This document shows, piece by piece, positions 1-16,800 of a DNA stretch of 64,000 nt. The DNA lies in contig NC_059436.1 in assembly GCF_021028975.2 (NCBI RefSeq), positions 35,340,001 through 35,404,000 of the forward strand, given 5' to 3'. The notes beneath the pieces are model-generated. The model saw nothing but the letters and a program-made list of their open reading frames with translations. It made no database searches and was not told the origin of the DNA. This stretch comes from Sphaerodactylus townsendi (Eukaryota). Numbering within the stretch: position 1 is the first letter of the stretch; every line of letters begins with the position of its first letter. The position numbers and the translations under genes are program-made.

Positions 1-47
1 TCCATACAAGCTTTAAACAAAATGTACAGGGGTTTACAGCCGGGGTC

Positions 48-3784
<3,737 letters not shown>

Positions 3785-3887
3785 GATGGCGGACGCAGGA
3801 TCTAGTGGCGTCGGAGCTCTAAGCTGCCTCGTCTGATGTCGTTAGCGGCGCAAGAATACTAGCTGCGTCAAGGTAACGGACGCAACC

Positions 3888-4234
3888 TTATATAGCGAGC
3901 CGCATGAAAGTGGGCGGGGTTTTGGGTGGCTTGCGCGCGCGGCGCTGCAGTCTCACTCCACCTCCTCTTCTGTGTGTCGATTGGCGCAGCCAATCAGGTG
4001 AAGGTGAGGATTGGGTAAATGGGCTGTCGATCTTACACAAAATAAAAAACGTGCACTTTTGGCTCGAGCTCATTCTCCCGCCTTCTCTTTCATTGGTACG
4101 TTGCAACGGTCGATTCGAGCAACGGCTCCTCCCTCCTCCCCTCTCATTGGTCCGCTGAAGTTCCCTCTTTCACGAGCCCAACGTTTCAACGGCCTGTTGG
4201 ATTATTTGAATGATTGATAGCGAGCGTTGATTGG
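3888..4234 (-). promoter_or_regulatory. TUBB4B CpG-island promoter with TATA box, GC box and CCAAT boxes
   Basis: TATATAA on the minus strand at 3888-3894, about 105 nt upstream of the ATG. GGGCGGGG at 3912-3919. CCAAT/ATTGG at 3980, 3990, 4010, 4092, 4146 and 4230. CpG-rich from about 3480 to 4600. Confidence 0.8.
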
Positions 4235-7200
4235 CTCCTTTCTTGTTGACGCGGGAGTTAGCACGAGAACTGTTTCTTAGTAACGGCTGCAGTAATAACC
4301 CGCGCCCAAGAGCGCGCCGCTCTGCGTCCCCAGTACCTCGCGTACAGTCTATTCAGGATGCTTAGTACGCTATTTCCGTAGTGTACCGTACGCTATTGGT
4401 GTAATGGCTCAGTCCTCTACAGGCGGTTGCGGCGGACGCGTAACCACGGCTTCAGAGAGCAATGGAATCTAGCACTATAATGATCTCCAAGGAGGCCTGC
4501 CAGGGTCCCAAAACACACTCTACGCAGCCATGACAACGGTTTTAGCACCACTGCTCTCTCATGACGACGGTCCTCCACTGCTACAAACGTGGTCTAGTAA
4601 CATTTGTTGATACGTACACAGGCCAGATGGTTGTACAGTGAAGAAAACAGGTGACTAATTCAGCAAGCATTAAACAACATAAAAATACATGCAGAAGCAC
4701 GAGGAAGATAGCATAGCCTTCTCACCATCATATTGAAAAAAACCATTTTAAAGACTACATATAATGCTCTATTCCCCCCCCCCCCCCCAAATTTTCACAT
4801 TTGTAGTATGCGGAGTGCTGGGCTAAGACCTAAAAGACTCAGGACTGGACCCCTGTTCTGCCATGGGAACTTGCTGTGTGATGTTACTTAGCCGAATTTA
4901 GCTCCCAAGGTTGGTGAAAGGATAAAATGAAAGATAGGACAATAATAAAAACCACTCTGGCTCTCCCTCATTGGAGAGAAAGGCAGGGTATAAATGAAGT
5001 AAATACATAAAGGCTCTTGGAAGCCTAAAGGAGACTGATTTGCTTAGGGGTACAAGGTGCCCCATGACTAACATCAGGAGATGGGGGCAGGATGATACTG
5101 CCAGATCTAGGTTGGGAAACTCCTGGAGATTTAGGGATGGAGTCTGGGGAGGGCAGGGACCCATGGGCAGAGCAAAGGGGAATTGTGCCCCCGTGCCCCT
5201 GCCATGCCCCCATCCCACCCCACAACACCCTCGCAGGGGCATGCGGCCAATGCATCGTGCACCTTCCCCCTTGGTGCTGCTACCTCACTGCAGGAACCTC
5301 AGTGGGATGGTGAACAATTGTGAGCTTCCCATGGAGAAGGCAAAAGCAAGCCTTGCCTCTGCTTGAAACAGTACCTGAGCTGAAAACCCCTTAGGATTAA
5401 GTATCACTGCTGAGAGACTGAAGCAAAATGGTGGACTGAGGCTACTATGTTAAATAGTAAAATGAATCTCAGCAGACCTCAAGCCTGCTTGTTGTCTTTG
5501 AATACAGCTAACAAGAACGGAAACTCCCCCCCGCACACTTCAGCAACTCTCCAAAAAATGCAGGGGCTCAAGCGGTCCAAATAACCCTAATTAAAAAGCA
5601 CAAAATCTGCCTGATAACTAACCCTTTTTGCAAAGAGTCATTAAGAATGACAAGGCTCTGGTAACACTTCACCTCCAAGGATTTCAACTTGAAACTGAAG
5701 ACAGCCAGGAAAGTGCTCCTTCACTCGGGCATAGCTCAGCCTTTAAAAGAGGCTCACATCAGGCCACAACTCCAGGCTTCTGCCCAGGGGAAGGAGTTCT
5801 CCACTCAAGCAAGCCATAGCCTTCTAAAAGAGCCATTCTGCATTGGAAGCTTTGTCAAGCAATATCTTCAGGTTTTCCCCCTTAGAGCTGACATAGCCAA
5901 GGTGGGCAAAAGTGCCTTTATGGTGCACAGCCAAAGTCTTTGGGAAAAGAGCTCTTTTGAGTCCAGTTCTATCAAGTCATGCCTTCAGAGTAAACTGATG
6001 ACAGAAATAGCAGGCAGCTCTGCTGTATGGTCCCCCAGGTAGATAAAACACAGACATTTATGGGTATTTATCAGCACCATTTTAAAGCCACAGTTGGCAC
6101 AATCCAGAGGAGGCATTTTGAGCTATAATGACAAAGTAGAAATCCAGAAACATTTCTTCTTTAAATGCAGTTTATTCTTCACTAGAATGAATATTGATGA
6201 GAGAAATAATTCTCCTCAGCCCCAAAAACGAGGTGAGAAAAAAACCACAGAATAGCAATGGAGAGCCTCTTTTTGCAGTGGTAAAAGGAGAACAGAAAGA
6301 GTAGCATTAATGTGGAACTACATGGAAGTCGCGACAATTAATTAGTACGTTAGCTACTGCAGAGTAAAGCAGATGCAAGGTGTGAAATGGCAGGCTGTAT
6401 GTTGCATGTTGCTTCAGTTTTCATGTGCTAGCTTTTACTGACCTCTGCGCTAAAGATAAGATTGATCTATGCACCCAGCAATGCTTCCCTAGCTTTTCAG
6501 GGAATACCCTGTAAAGGGAGCTGTATGCTAAAGGATACCAACATATGCAAGTGATGACAACAAAACTGTAACAGGAACAATGAGTTACCAGGGATGGGGA
6601 TCAGAGAATTGGAACAAGCAGAAATTTCACATTAAAATATATTTTAAAAATTGCTCCAGCCATACAGACTGGGCCCAGTATAAAGACTAGCTTCACCTTC
6701 TAACTTGTATAACAAAAGTTTTAAGCAATGTTAGAGATCATGAGCACAGACATAATGAGTCAGTTACCTGCACAGCATTATTTCAAATTTTGCTATGGAG
6801 AACACAAGTATATTGTGAGAGGTACGCAACTGAGAAACTCCCAAACACTAGCTCTCGACCCAGAATGTTACTTTGCAATGACTAAAACATTGTTTCTGCC
6901 TTTTTGTTAGCTATTTTAAAACCTAATTAAAAACCTGTTAAAAACCTGTTAGCTATTTTAAAAATCAAATAGCTAACACATCTTAGATCTGCTTAGAAAA
7001 AAAACTCAAAGAGATTTTTCTCTTTATGTATATATCACTTTGAGTAGCAGCTCTCAAGATTTATTCATTCTAAAGAATTGTATCTGGTAAAGATTTGTTG
7101 CAATCATGGATATGTTTTATATCATGCTTTATCTCATGACCATGCTTATGAAATATTAACTATTTTTCCCTCCAAGTGCATTTGGAAAAATGACTGGCAT

Positions 7201-7801
7201 TTTGAAACCTACATTTCTTAAAAGGCACTACACAGTCTACAGTTGTAAGCACTCCGGAAGAATGAATCCCATGGGAGGAGTTTATGGGGAACCTTTGGGC
7301 CTAAATGGTTAACTAAAGCCTCTGGATTTTTGCCTCCAAAAGTCTGTAAATGTAGCCATAGCAACCCAAGAAGTAGAGCTGAAGGCATTTTCTCACTCCA
7401 GGTCACTACAAAAAATGCTATTTGTTATCTGTAAGAAATACATACCATTTATACAGTTTCAAATGTTCAAAGAACACCTCATGCATAGATTGTCTTGTTG
7501 AAATCCTTAAAACAACTCTAAGGATGGTTACTATTATTATGTGTATCCCCCAAAACATTTTTCATAGTCCTATGACAACACATAGGGGTTATAAAGAAGA
7601 CACATTGATGTTCCTTGAACACATGTGCAAAGGATATCCGGAAGACAGAAAGTTGAAGGGCACCTGGCTTAAAGAGAAAAGACATTGTTTTAATGTGAAG
7701 GCCTCTTGAGCAGAACGCAGCTTGCTGGAGATATTTCTTGTACAAGTTTCCATAGCAAAAACTTCTTGCACCTTCAATGTTTGTCACTGGGGCACTGCCT
7801 C

Positions 7802-10800
7802 TTAATTAATTTCTTCATAAAAATGCTCCTCATTTCTGTTGAATATAGGGGGAAAAACATTAATTCTGCATCTGTCAATTCCTGAAAGTCCCAAGAAGAA
7901 AGGCTAATGCTTTTGTTCATCACTGGGATTCACCATAAAAGGACCTGCAAAAATGCATGTCCGCATGGAACACAAACATGATATTTCCCAAAAGTTTGTA
8001 CTAAACCAGACTTGAGAAAGACTGCAGCAAAGCTTAAAGAAATATGGAAAGTGGACCATTAAAGGATGATGGCATGTGGATACTGCAAAAAACACAAACA
8101 TGCCCCAGCTCAGACACCGACCTGGAGCAAAAACTCCATGTGGAAGCAGCCTTTTGAGAATTTTTGCTAGTGTGATGGTTTATTGCTATGCAAAACAAAC
8201 CAACGAAGCCCTGCAGTCCTGTGATGCACTAACTCACCCTTTCGGTTGCTCCTCAAGGGAACCAGACACATTAGCCCTGGGGAAGGAAAAAGCAGACAAG
8301 TGTTAAAACAGGGTGGGGTTTCTTGCCCATCTGGCTGCACAAGGAGTTTGATGTGACAGGCAACCCAAATTTAGCCCAGGGAGAGAAGAGATCACTGTGA
8401 GGACTCCAACACTGGAGGGTATGCAATTTAACAAGCAGGAGGGGCTTCTTTCTCTAGGCATTTTTCCCTGATCAGCTAAATGGGAGTCCCCAGCCCTTGA
8501 ATGCTGTAAAGGTGAGCTGGTGATTCTGTATACCTTTTCTGAAGACTTGGGCATGAAACACAGGGTTGGATCCTACCATCCATCAATAATGAAGAATGAG
8601 GAGGAGAGTGGAATACAAGGAAGATCCATGCCCCTCATGCCTGCAGCTCTGTGGGGTTGGATGTCTGCCATACCATATCATGGCTCTATATATTTCTTAG
8701 TTGCTTTGTGGGAATTGGCTAGGTGGAGGTTAAGCATGGGAACATTGTATATATACAGACCCAAGACACTCAGTGCCCCAGCCTTCCCAGAAACCTGGAA
8801 GCCACCTTCCTGCACACAGATTCCAATTTGGTTGGAAAGCAGAATTTCTGCATGTTCACCATCGCATCAGTCACAGTTCACCAAGCGCACAAGAAGGTAC
8901 ATTTTTTGTCACTAAAAGCTGTCAGACTTTCTTAAGTCTGTTATATTTACAGTGTCTTACACTACAGGAAGATTCCTAGGGTAGAAGAATCCCTTCATTC
9001 CCCGTGCTTACACGGATTCAGCCTGTGGTTCCTCAGTAGTTCCATAGGAAGTCGAAGGTTCACGAATGGATGCATATATATGCTCTGGAGAGGGGCTAGA
9101 ACACAAGGATAAGGGTGAGGGAGAAAGTATTATTTTACACTCACACCATTGTTATAAAGATAACTAATATTTAACTCTGTCATCATAGATATCCCACTAA
9201 CTTTTGCTCATACAAGGATACACAACTCTGAGGGTGTCCAGGTACATTCCCATTTTGAACAGTCCTTCATAGGCTACCTGACGGCAACATTAGCTTTTAA
9301 CATCCCTTGTTCCAAAAGACACACAGTTTCAGCCACACTACACAGATAATGGTTTCATAACAATTGATTAAAAAACCCTGTAGGATAACGTGCACTAACA
9401 TTTTAAGCAGACAATGCCCTAAACACTTTCTGAAGGTATCATTCCACACAAAGCCTTTGAACTCTCCATGCGGCAGAGAAAAGGAGGGCACATGCCAGGC
9501 AATCAAGCATTAGCTTTGACAAGCCATAAAATGAGGCACACAGTTGGTTGGCCTGCAAAAAAAATGCTACAAAGAGGCCAGCCTCCTATTACCAAAGTAC
9601 ATCACTTTATTCACAAAAAACCCCACAGAGTCTGAATTGCACTTCACACAATAATTACCAGGTAAAAACTATCTAGATGCTTACAGTCAAAATCCTTTAA
9701 AATGGGGCACAACTGCCTGACAAGTATCAGAGGTAGAGAACTGGCTTAGAATGCAAAAAGGCCTCTGGTATCTTCAGTTGAAAAGATCTCAGGTAGTGCT
9801 TGGAGAGAAAGAACCTCTCTCTGCATGAGAACCTGGACAGCCACTATCTGGAGAGGCTCAGTGCTCAGTGGCAGGGCACTTGCTTGACATACAGAAGTCC
9901 CAGGTTGAAGCCCTGACATCTACACTTAAAATGAAGCCACAGCTAGACTCTGTCCAAAACAACAGAAAGCTGCTGGCTATCAGAACAGACAACACTGAGG
10001 CCCCTTCCGCACTTGCATAATAATGCTCTTTCAATCCACTTTCACACTGGTTTGCAAGTGGATTTTGCTATTCCGCACAGCTGCAAAGTGCATTGAAAGT
10101 GAATTGAAAGTGTATTATTCTGCATGTGTGGAAGGGGCCTGAGTTAGATGGCCCAGTAATGAAGTTTCGTTTGAGTGCTTCTTTTTGCTGACAGAATGCA
10201 ACTTTTTGGAGCCACAAATTATCATCCCAGCTGTATATGGTCAATCAGGGAGTTCTTGAACAGGCGTCTTAGCAAGACTGTCCTCTCATCTTATTTGTCA
10301 CACTCACCTAAAATGTGGTGCCAAATTCATACTGGTGTAGGCCTTCTCAGGAGTGGATCTAGAATGACAAGAAACCAATTTCAAGGGTTGCAGCAGTAAG
10401 GTTCCACCAATGGCAATAAGCAAGACCGGGTGAAGCAAGAAAGTGGGAGTTCTGAGTTGGGCATAAGGTTGCTCAGGAAAACTGGAATGTTGATGTTGGG
10501 AGTTTCAGTGGATTCATCACATCCAAACACGCTTTCTCCTCTTGGAGCTTTTGTGTTCACAGCTCCTGCCCTCTGTTTTACAATCAGCGCAATCATTTTA
10601 TCCATGACGTGATGATTTTCTGGCTCATTTTAATGTTGATATATCAGCATTTTTAGCACACCGCATTGTTACAGGGGTTTGGAAACCACTTCCAGAATTT
10701 TTATAGTGGAATGCACTATGTAAACTACATGAAAACGCACACATACAACATTTACTTATCCTTCTGAGAAGGGCTCTCAGCCTACACAAACAATTTCACA

Positions 10801-13800
10801 CCCCAGATGAGTTTTCCCAGGTAGTTAGAAGAAGAGACACGTATCTCACATCTTCACCAATGCAGAAAAGAAACCTAGGTTTTGTCAGTGTGTCCATCTA
10901 AAGCCATCTCTTAGGACTCTAACTAGTCATTTCCACTTCTAAGACAAGCCCTATATTCTGTTAAAATATCCTATGGGAGATATACGCTGGGGAAAAATAT
11001 CTTCCCTTCCTTAGGATTTGGACTTGCCAAACTATCAAAATTAATTTTAAAAGTTTTAATCTTTCCTAACAGAAGATGGGGGGGGGGGGGGGCTTATTTG
11101 CACCCAAGCATGGTCAAAGTGCCAATAAACAAAGCTCTGGGAATCCTAATGGCCATCCAGGCCAGAGACAATAAAATGGCAAACTCATACCTAATCTGGA
11201 ATTGGGGGGGGGGGGGGGGCAGTTCAAGAGGCTAGAGTATATTTTCCTAAAGTCCTCAGGAATGTTTGACCCATAAGAGGCAGGCAAACAACGGAAATAC
11301 AATCTTTTTGAGTGGGATCCATTTTGGCAGATTCCATCTGCAGAAAGCTCTCACACTTGAGCTCCATCTTGGTGGCTCCCACTGCCCATATGGAACAAAA
11401 TGCAGCTTGCCTGGACAAAGGCCCCTTCTGCACATGCAGAATAATACACTTTCAATTCACACCTGTTTGCAAGTGGATTTTGCTATTTCGCACAGTAAAA
11501 TCCAGCTGCAAAGTACAGTGAAAGTGGATTGAAAGTGCATTATTCTGCATGTGCGGAAGGGGCCAAAGACTCCCAGGTAATGGGAAGCTCTTAAACAAAC
11601 TGTATCTTTATAGAGTCTCTGCTTAGAACAAGATCAACTGGGGCATGTATAGGGGCTGAGGGACAGAGATCACATGTTTACACCTTTTCTTTGTATTCTT
11701 TGATCAATCTGCTGCTGTGCAGTGCTGTATGTGTGTGGACTTTATACTTTAAACAAATTCTTTACTATTTTCTGTGTACTACATAGACCTCTACAGTTTC
11801 AGCACTCTATTTAAAACAGAGGCCAGGGGAAGGAAGGTGGTCAGTTGCTAAATCATTACCTCCCTAGAGGCATGCAAGTACAGTAAGCTATCCCCACAGT
11901 AACAGTCACCGGGTAACAGGACACACAGACACTAAATGGAGCCTTAGAATGGCAATGCAGGAAGGAAAGCTGGAAGTAGTGTCCTTCTCAGTGGGTAATT
12001 CCTAATGTAAACAGAGTGGCAGCATACCAAAGAAGAAGCAAGAGAAAAACACCTCAAAGGGCTGAGACAACAGCATGTCTCCAAGCAGAGACTTCCTATG
12101 GTTGCTGGGTGCCTAAACACCTCAGAGAGCTAAATGGAGTGGCATTGGCGGGTCAGTGGGGTCATTCTGCCACCTATGCAATGGGTGAACACAATAGAAA
12201 GCACAAGTTTCTGTTTGAGAGGCAGAACTGGTAAAATCTGGAGCGTACTGTTAATGCCTATGGATCTTTTAAAGCCTTCCTGTGGAAACTCCAAGTTTTT
12301 TTTCTCTCCCACTCTCAGTATATTAATTGCATTAACATGCTTTACTCTGTTAGGCTGCAAGTACGTAGCTACCAACTGGCTGAATTAAGGCTGTGTGGCC
12401 TGGCCTGCTACCCTCACTCAGCCAGCTATTATTTAGTTTTCTATTTCCTGTCTTGAGAACATGCTGAACTATTCATACCGAAAACAATGGAGAATTTAAT
12501 ATTGTTTTGACCACTGTGAATATATCAAAGATTCTGTTGCCTGGCTTGCAATAGTGTCAGGTCATTCTGCCCTGATTTTATTACTCATCATTCCAATGGG
12601 AAGTAGGAACCATTTTCTCCCACTCATATCCAGAGGGGATGGACTGTGGCTTAGAGCACCTGCTTTGCACACAGAAGGTTCCAGCTTCGGTAAAGGGATC
12701 TCTGCCGCCATGTATTGGAATAGGATGTTCTTTGCCTGAGACTCCCGAACAGCCACTGCCAGAAGGTGCACTGAGCTACACAGCCTAACAGTCTAGATTG
12801 GTAAAGAGCAGCTTTATAGATTCCTATTGGAGAGTAGCTATGTCTTAGTAGTAAAACACACATATTGCAAGTAGGAAGTCGCAGGATCAATTCAGCAGGT
12901 GCTGGTACAGAACTTTCTCTGCCTGAGAGCTTCAGACAATGCACAGCTAAAAAAGATCAGCAGTAGCTTCCTACTGAGGGGATAGGGTGGGGTAAAAATC
13001 TAACATAAAGACAAAACATGCAACTGACCAGCCTTTCAGCAGGGAGATACAGCAACAAGCCCAAACATTTTATGCCTCAAAGTTCACCCAACACCTTAAC
13101 ATTCTTTCAGGCTGTGACCAAGTTCCCTCGATGTCCCCCTCCCTCCAGCACCCTCACTGGGTGGTAAAAGAACTATCCCCTTACTGGAGTGTTGTGGGGT
13201 TTCCGGCCTGTAAGACCGTATTCCAGTAGCATTTTCTCCTGACGTTTCACTTGTGGCTGGGTTAGAACCTCTGAAGACGCCAGCCACAGATGCAGGCGAA
13301 ACGTCAGGAGAAAATACCCGGAAACCCCACAACACTCCAGTGCAGAGGCGTAGCAAGAGGGGAAAGCACCGGGTGCACCGGTGCGTCCTATGCCCCCACC
13401 CTAGAATGCCCTGCCACACCACGTCCCTGGAATGCCCTTGCCGTGCCCCCACAGGGGCATGCACCCAGTGTGTTGCGCCTACCCCCTTGGAGCTACGCCT
13501 CTGCTCCAGTGATTCCGGCTGTGAAAGCCTTCAACAATATCCCCTTGCTATTCTGACTTACGTGGCTGGCTCCTGTGTTCCTTCAGCACGGATTCTGAAA
13601 TCACAGAAAGCACATCTCACTGCAACCACTTGCTGACTGCAATAAAGACTGTTTCCACACTGTGATGATTCTCCATGCAGTTTTCATTACCACTGAGAAT
13701 GCAGAGGAATTCACAGCAGAAACAGAGGACCCATGTAGTTTCCCCTGTGGTTTCCTTACCTTATCCTCAACCTCAGCCATGTTCCCATAAGATGGCATTT

Positions 13801-16800
13801 CTTTCTGAACTATGAAAGCTGGAAATTCAGAGGTGCCAGCAAATCATGGGAATGGATCATTGTAATGTCATTGGGCCATAATGCTCTTGCAATTGTTAAT
13901 TTTTTAAACAACCACAAAAATGCTGTCTTGTGTTGGCTGGGGGGGGGGGGCAATGGCGGTGGTGGGAGGCAGAGAAAAAGAAAATATGTTTTGTAATGTT
14001 ATGGATTGGTTTGTTTAAATTTGTTTAAATTTACTGGGGGTTTGTATGTTTTTATCTTTGGCTGTACACCACCCAGAACCCTTCCGGGNNNNNNNNNNNN
14101 NNNNNNNNNNNNNNNNNNNNNNNNNNNNNNNNNNNNNNNNNNNNNNNNNNNNNNNNNNNNNNNNNNNNNNNNNNNNNNNNNNNNNNNNNNNNNNNNNNNN
14201 NNNNNNNNNNNNNNNNNNNNNNNNNNNNNNNNNNNNNNNNNNNNNNNCTTCAAAACCATGCACCTTCCTGTCCACAAAGCATGAAAAGGCACTAACTGCA
14301 GTCTCTCCCAAAAGATTGTTTCAAACTAGGATAGGGAAAGATTGCAGCAAAGAAAGACCAAAACCAGGTTTTCCCCTAGATACACAACCTTAATGTGGAA
14401 ACTACCAAAGTCTGCTTTTATCCCTCAGGCTAGCACTATCTTGTCAGTGTGGTGTAGCAATTACCATATATACTCATGTATAAGTCGAGTTTTTCAGCAC
14501 ATTTTTTGTGCTGAAAAAGCCCCCCTCGACTTATACGAGTCAGCTGAATTTTAAAAAACATTTTAGGGTTTTTATTTTGTCGGTCACTAGGGGGCGCAGT
14601 TTTTAGGCTAGCGGCACCAAAATTTCAGGATATCATCAGGTGACACTCCTGATGATACCAGCCAAATTTGGTAAAGTTTGGTTCAAGGGGTACAAAGTTA
14701 TGGACCCCCAAAGAGGGTGCCCCCATCCCCCATTGTTTCCAATGGGAGCTAATAGTAGATGGGGCTACATTTTGAGGGTCCATAACTTTGGACCCCTTGA
14801 ACCAAATTTCACCAAACCTGGGTGGTATCATCAGGATAATCTCTTGCTGATACCAGTCAGGTTTGGTGATGTTTGGTTTAGGGGGTCCAAAGTTATGGAC
14901 CCCAAAGGGGGTGCCCCATCCCCCATTGTTTCCAATGGAAGCTAATAGTAGATGGGGCTACATTTTGAGGGTCCATAACTTTGGATCCCCTGAACCAAAC
15001 TTCACCAAACCTGGGTGGTATCATCAGAAGGGTCTCCTAAAGATACTCTGAAATGTTGGTACTGCTAACATAAACATTCCTGATCAAGGAAGCAGCGTGG
15101 TCCTAGACAACCCAGCAGCAACACCAGTACTACAGGCATCACATACCTTAAGCAGATTGTCCTTCTGGATCAGATTCATGTTTCTAATTCAGCAAAAGGC
15201 AGAACTCTGTTTTCCACAGAGACCAGCTAGACACTTATGAAAAGCGCACAAGCAGGACGTGAAGATTAACTTTCCCAACCCCTAGATCATGTGCACCGTT
15301 TGGCACTCAAAAGTGGACTGCCTTTAAAAATGGAAGGCTCACTCTTTGCTATTTTGACTAATCCATTGATAAATCTACCCCTCTGTGAAACTGACTGCTC
15401 TGCATTATCTCTGTACCTATTGGGAAAGAGGCTGGCTTGTCATGCTGAAAAGGTAGGAGTCTCTATCTTCTGGGGGGGTGGGGGCGGGGAGAGGATCCCA
15501 GGTGTTCTAAAAAAATAGGCCTCTGTAAACCCCCACCCCCTCAACAGGGAAAGAATATGCTCCCAAATAACATAATATTGCTCAAAGAACCCTTGGTATT
15601 TGATTCCAAGTTCAGAAAAAGCAAGTGCTTTAGAAGTCACAGGTCTCTCCCACTCCCATGCCATCTTGTCCTTCCAGCCCACCTGGGACCAGGGTGTAGC
15701 TCTTTAGGATCCACATATGAACTCTCTTCAGCCCTGCAATGACAAAAGAGAGTCTTCAGTGCAGAAGCAAAAGACCAGGTAAAGTAGCTTACAATGTCAC
15801 ATTTCCTTTTTCACTTATATGAGCTGAGCAGGTTATGCAAGCCATCGGCTTGTAATGAAGTTACAGATCTGCCCAGCTTGGGTTAACCCGAAAACTCTAC
15901 TTCATTTATCTCAATTGCCAATCATATGGTTGGACAGAAGAAAGCAACCAGAGCTAAGGGTGCATTGGCCATTAGGTTCACAGGGAAAAGTGGTGGGATC
16001 TCAATGGCCTGGGGGCTGCCCCTTTCCTAGGGTCATTTCCAGGCCAAGAGAGGTATGGCTCTTGCCCTGCCTGGGGTGGGTGGCAGCTGCTGCAAACTGG
16101 TGCTGATAACGTGACAACAAAACAAAAAAGAAGCAACATTTACAAGCAGTATAAAAATTAAAGATTTTCACATGGACAGTCATTTACAGCATTCGTCTAC
16201 ACAGCATGCTCTCAAAATACATCAACTAGACATGCATGCCCTATTCTCATTTTATTTATATATTCAGTTTTTCTTGGGTTTGACCAGCAGCCAACACAAG
16301 AAAGGAAACTATGGTGAAATGGTAAGCGCAGAGGCATAGCTCCAAGGGGGCAGGGGGGTGCGCGACTGGGAATTCTGGGGTAGAAAATGCAATGGCAAGA
16401 AATTCAAAAGGACCCTTAAAGATGGTTCTTCAGTTTCTTGGCCCCAAGCCATGAACAACAGTTTTAATAATCACAGTCAAGTGTAAGCATAGAAGCTGCT
16501 TAAACCTTTATAATCATGGGGCAGTCATACTACACAAACAAGTACTTTTCTCTTTTTTTATAGCCTCGTACTTGGAAATATGCAAGCAACCAGAGGTGTA
16601 GTAAGGGGGAAAAGCACCCAGTGCACTGGTGTGTCCTCTGCCCTGCCACGCCCCTGCCATGCCCCACAGGGGCATGCGCCCAGTGCGTCGTGCACCCCCC
16701 GGTCTCCTTAGAACTACGACTCTGCAAGCAACACTAGTTAAAGAGCAAAAAGCAGCCAGGCTCTAATGGTCACAGGCTGGGTCTTGAGCACCCCAAGACA

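Larger units (their letters stand above)
13183..13537 (+). mobile_element. Penelope-like element remnant (inverted terminal structure) interrupted by a hAT MITE
   Basis: Inverted arms actggagtgttgtggggtttccgg / ccggaaaccccacaacactccagt. Penelope-type core gaagacgccagccacagatgcaggcgaaacgtcagg and tail gtgaaagccttcaacaat. 9-bp flanking duplication TATCCCCTT (13174-13182, 13538-13546). Confidence 0.75.

Noticed and set aside
10381-10605. 74-aa minus-strand ORF (MDKMIALIVKQRAG...) inside the predicted TMEM210-like gene
   Set aside because: No convincing acceptor or donor and no recognisable motif.
11191-11246. Possible extra tail exon encoding KIYSSL (ITIM-like)
   Set aside because: Weak acceptor and ends in phase 1 as assembled. 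It would fit only if the 16-G homopolymer length is wrong, so it cannot be supported without reads.
13999-14393. ORFs spanning the N run
   Set aside because: Artefacts of the assembly gap.
14584-15070. Palindromic repeats considered as a CRISPR-like array
   Set aside because: Vertebrate DNA, 194-bp units with no unique spacers, and no cas genes.
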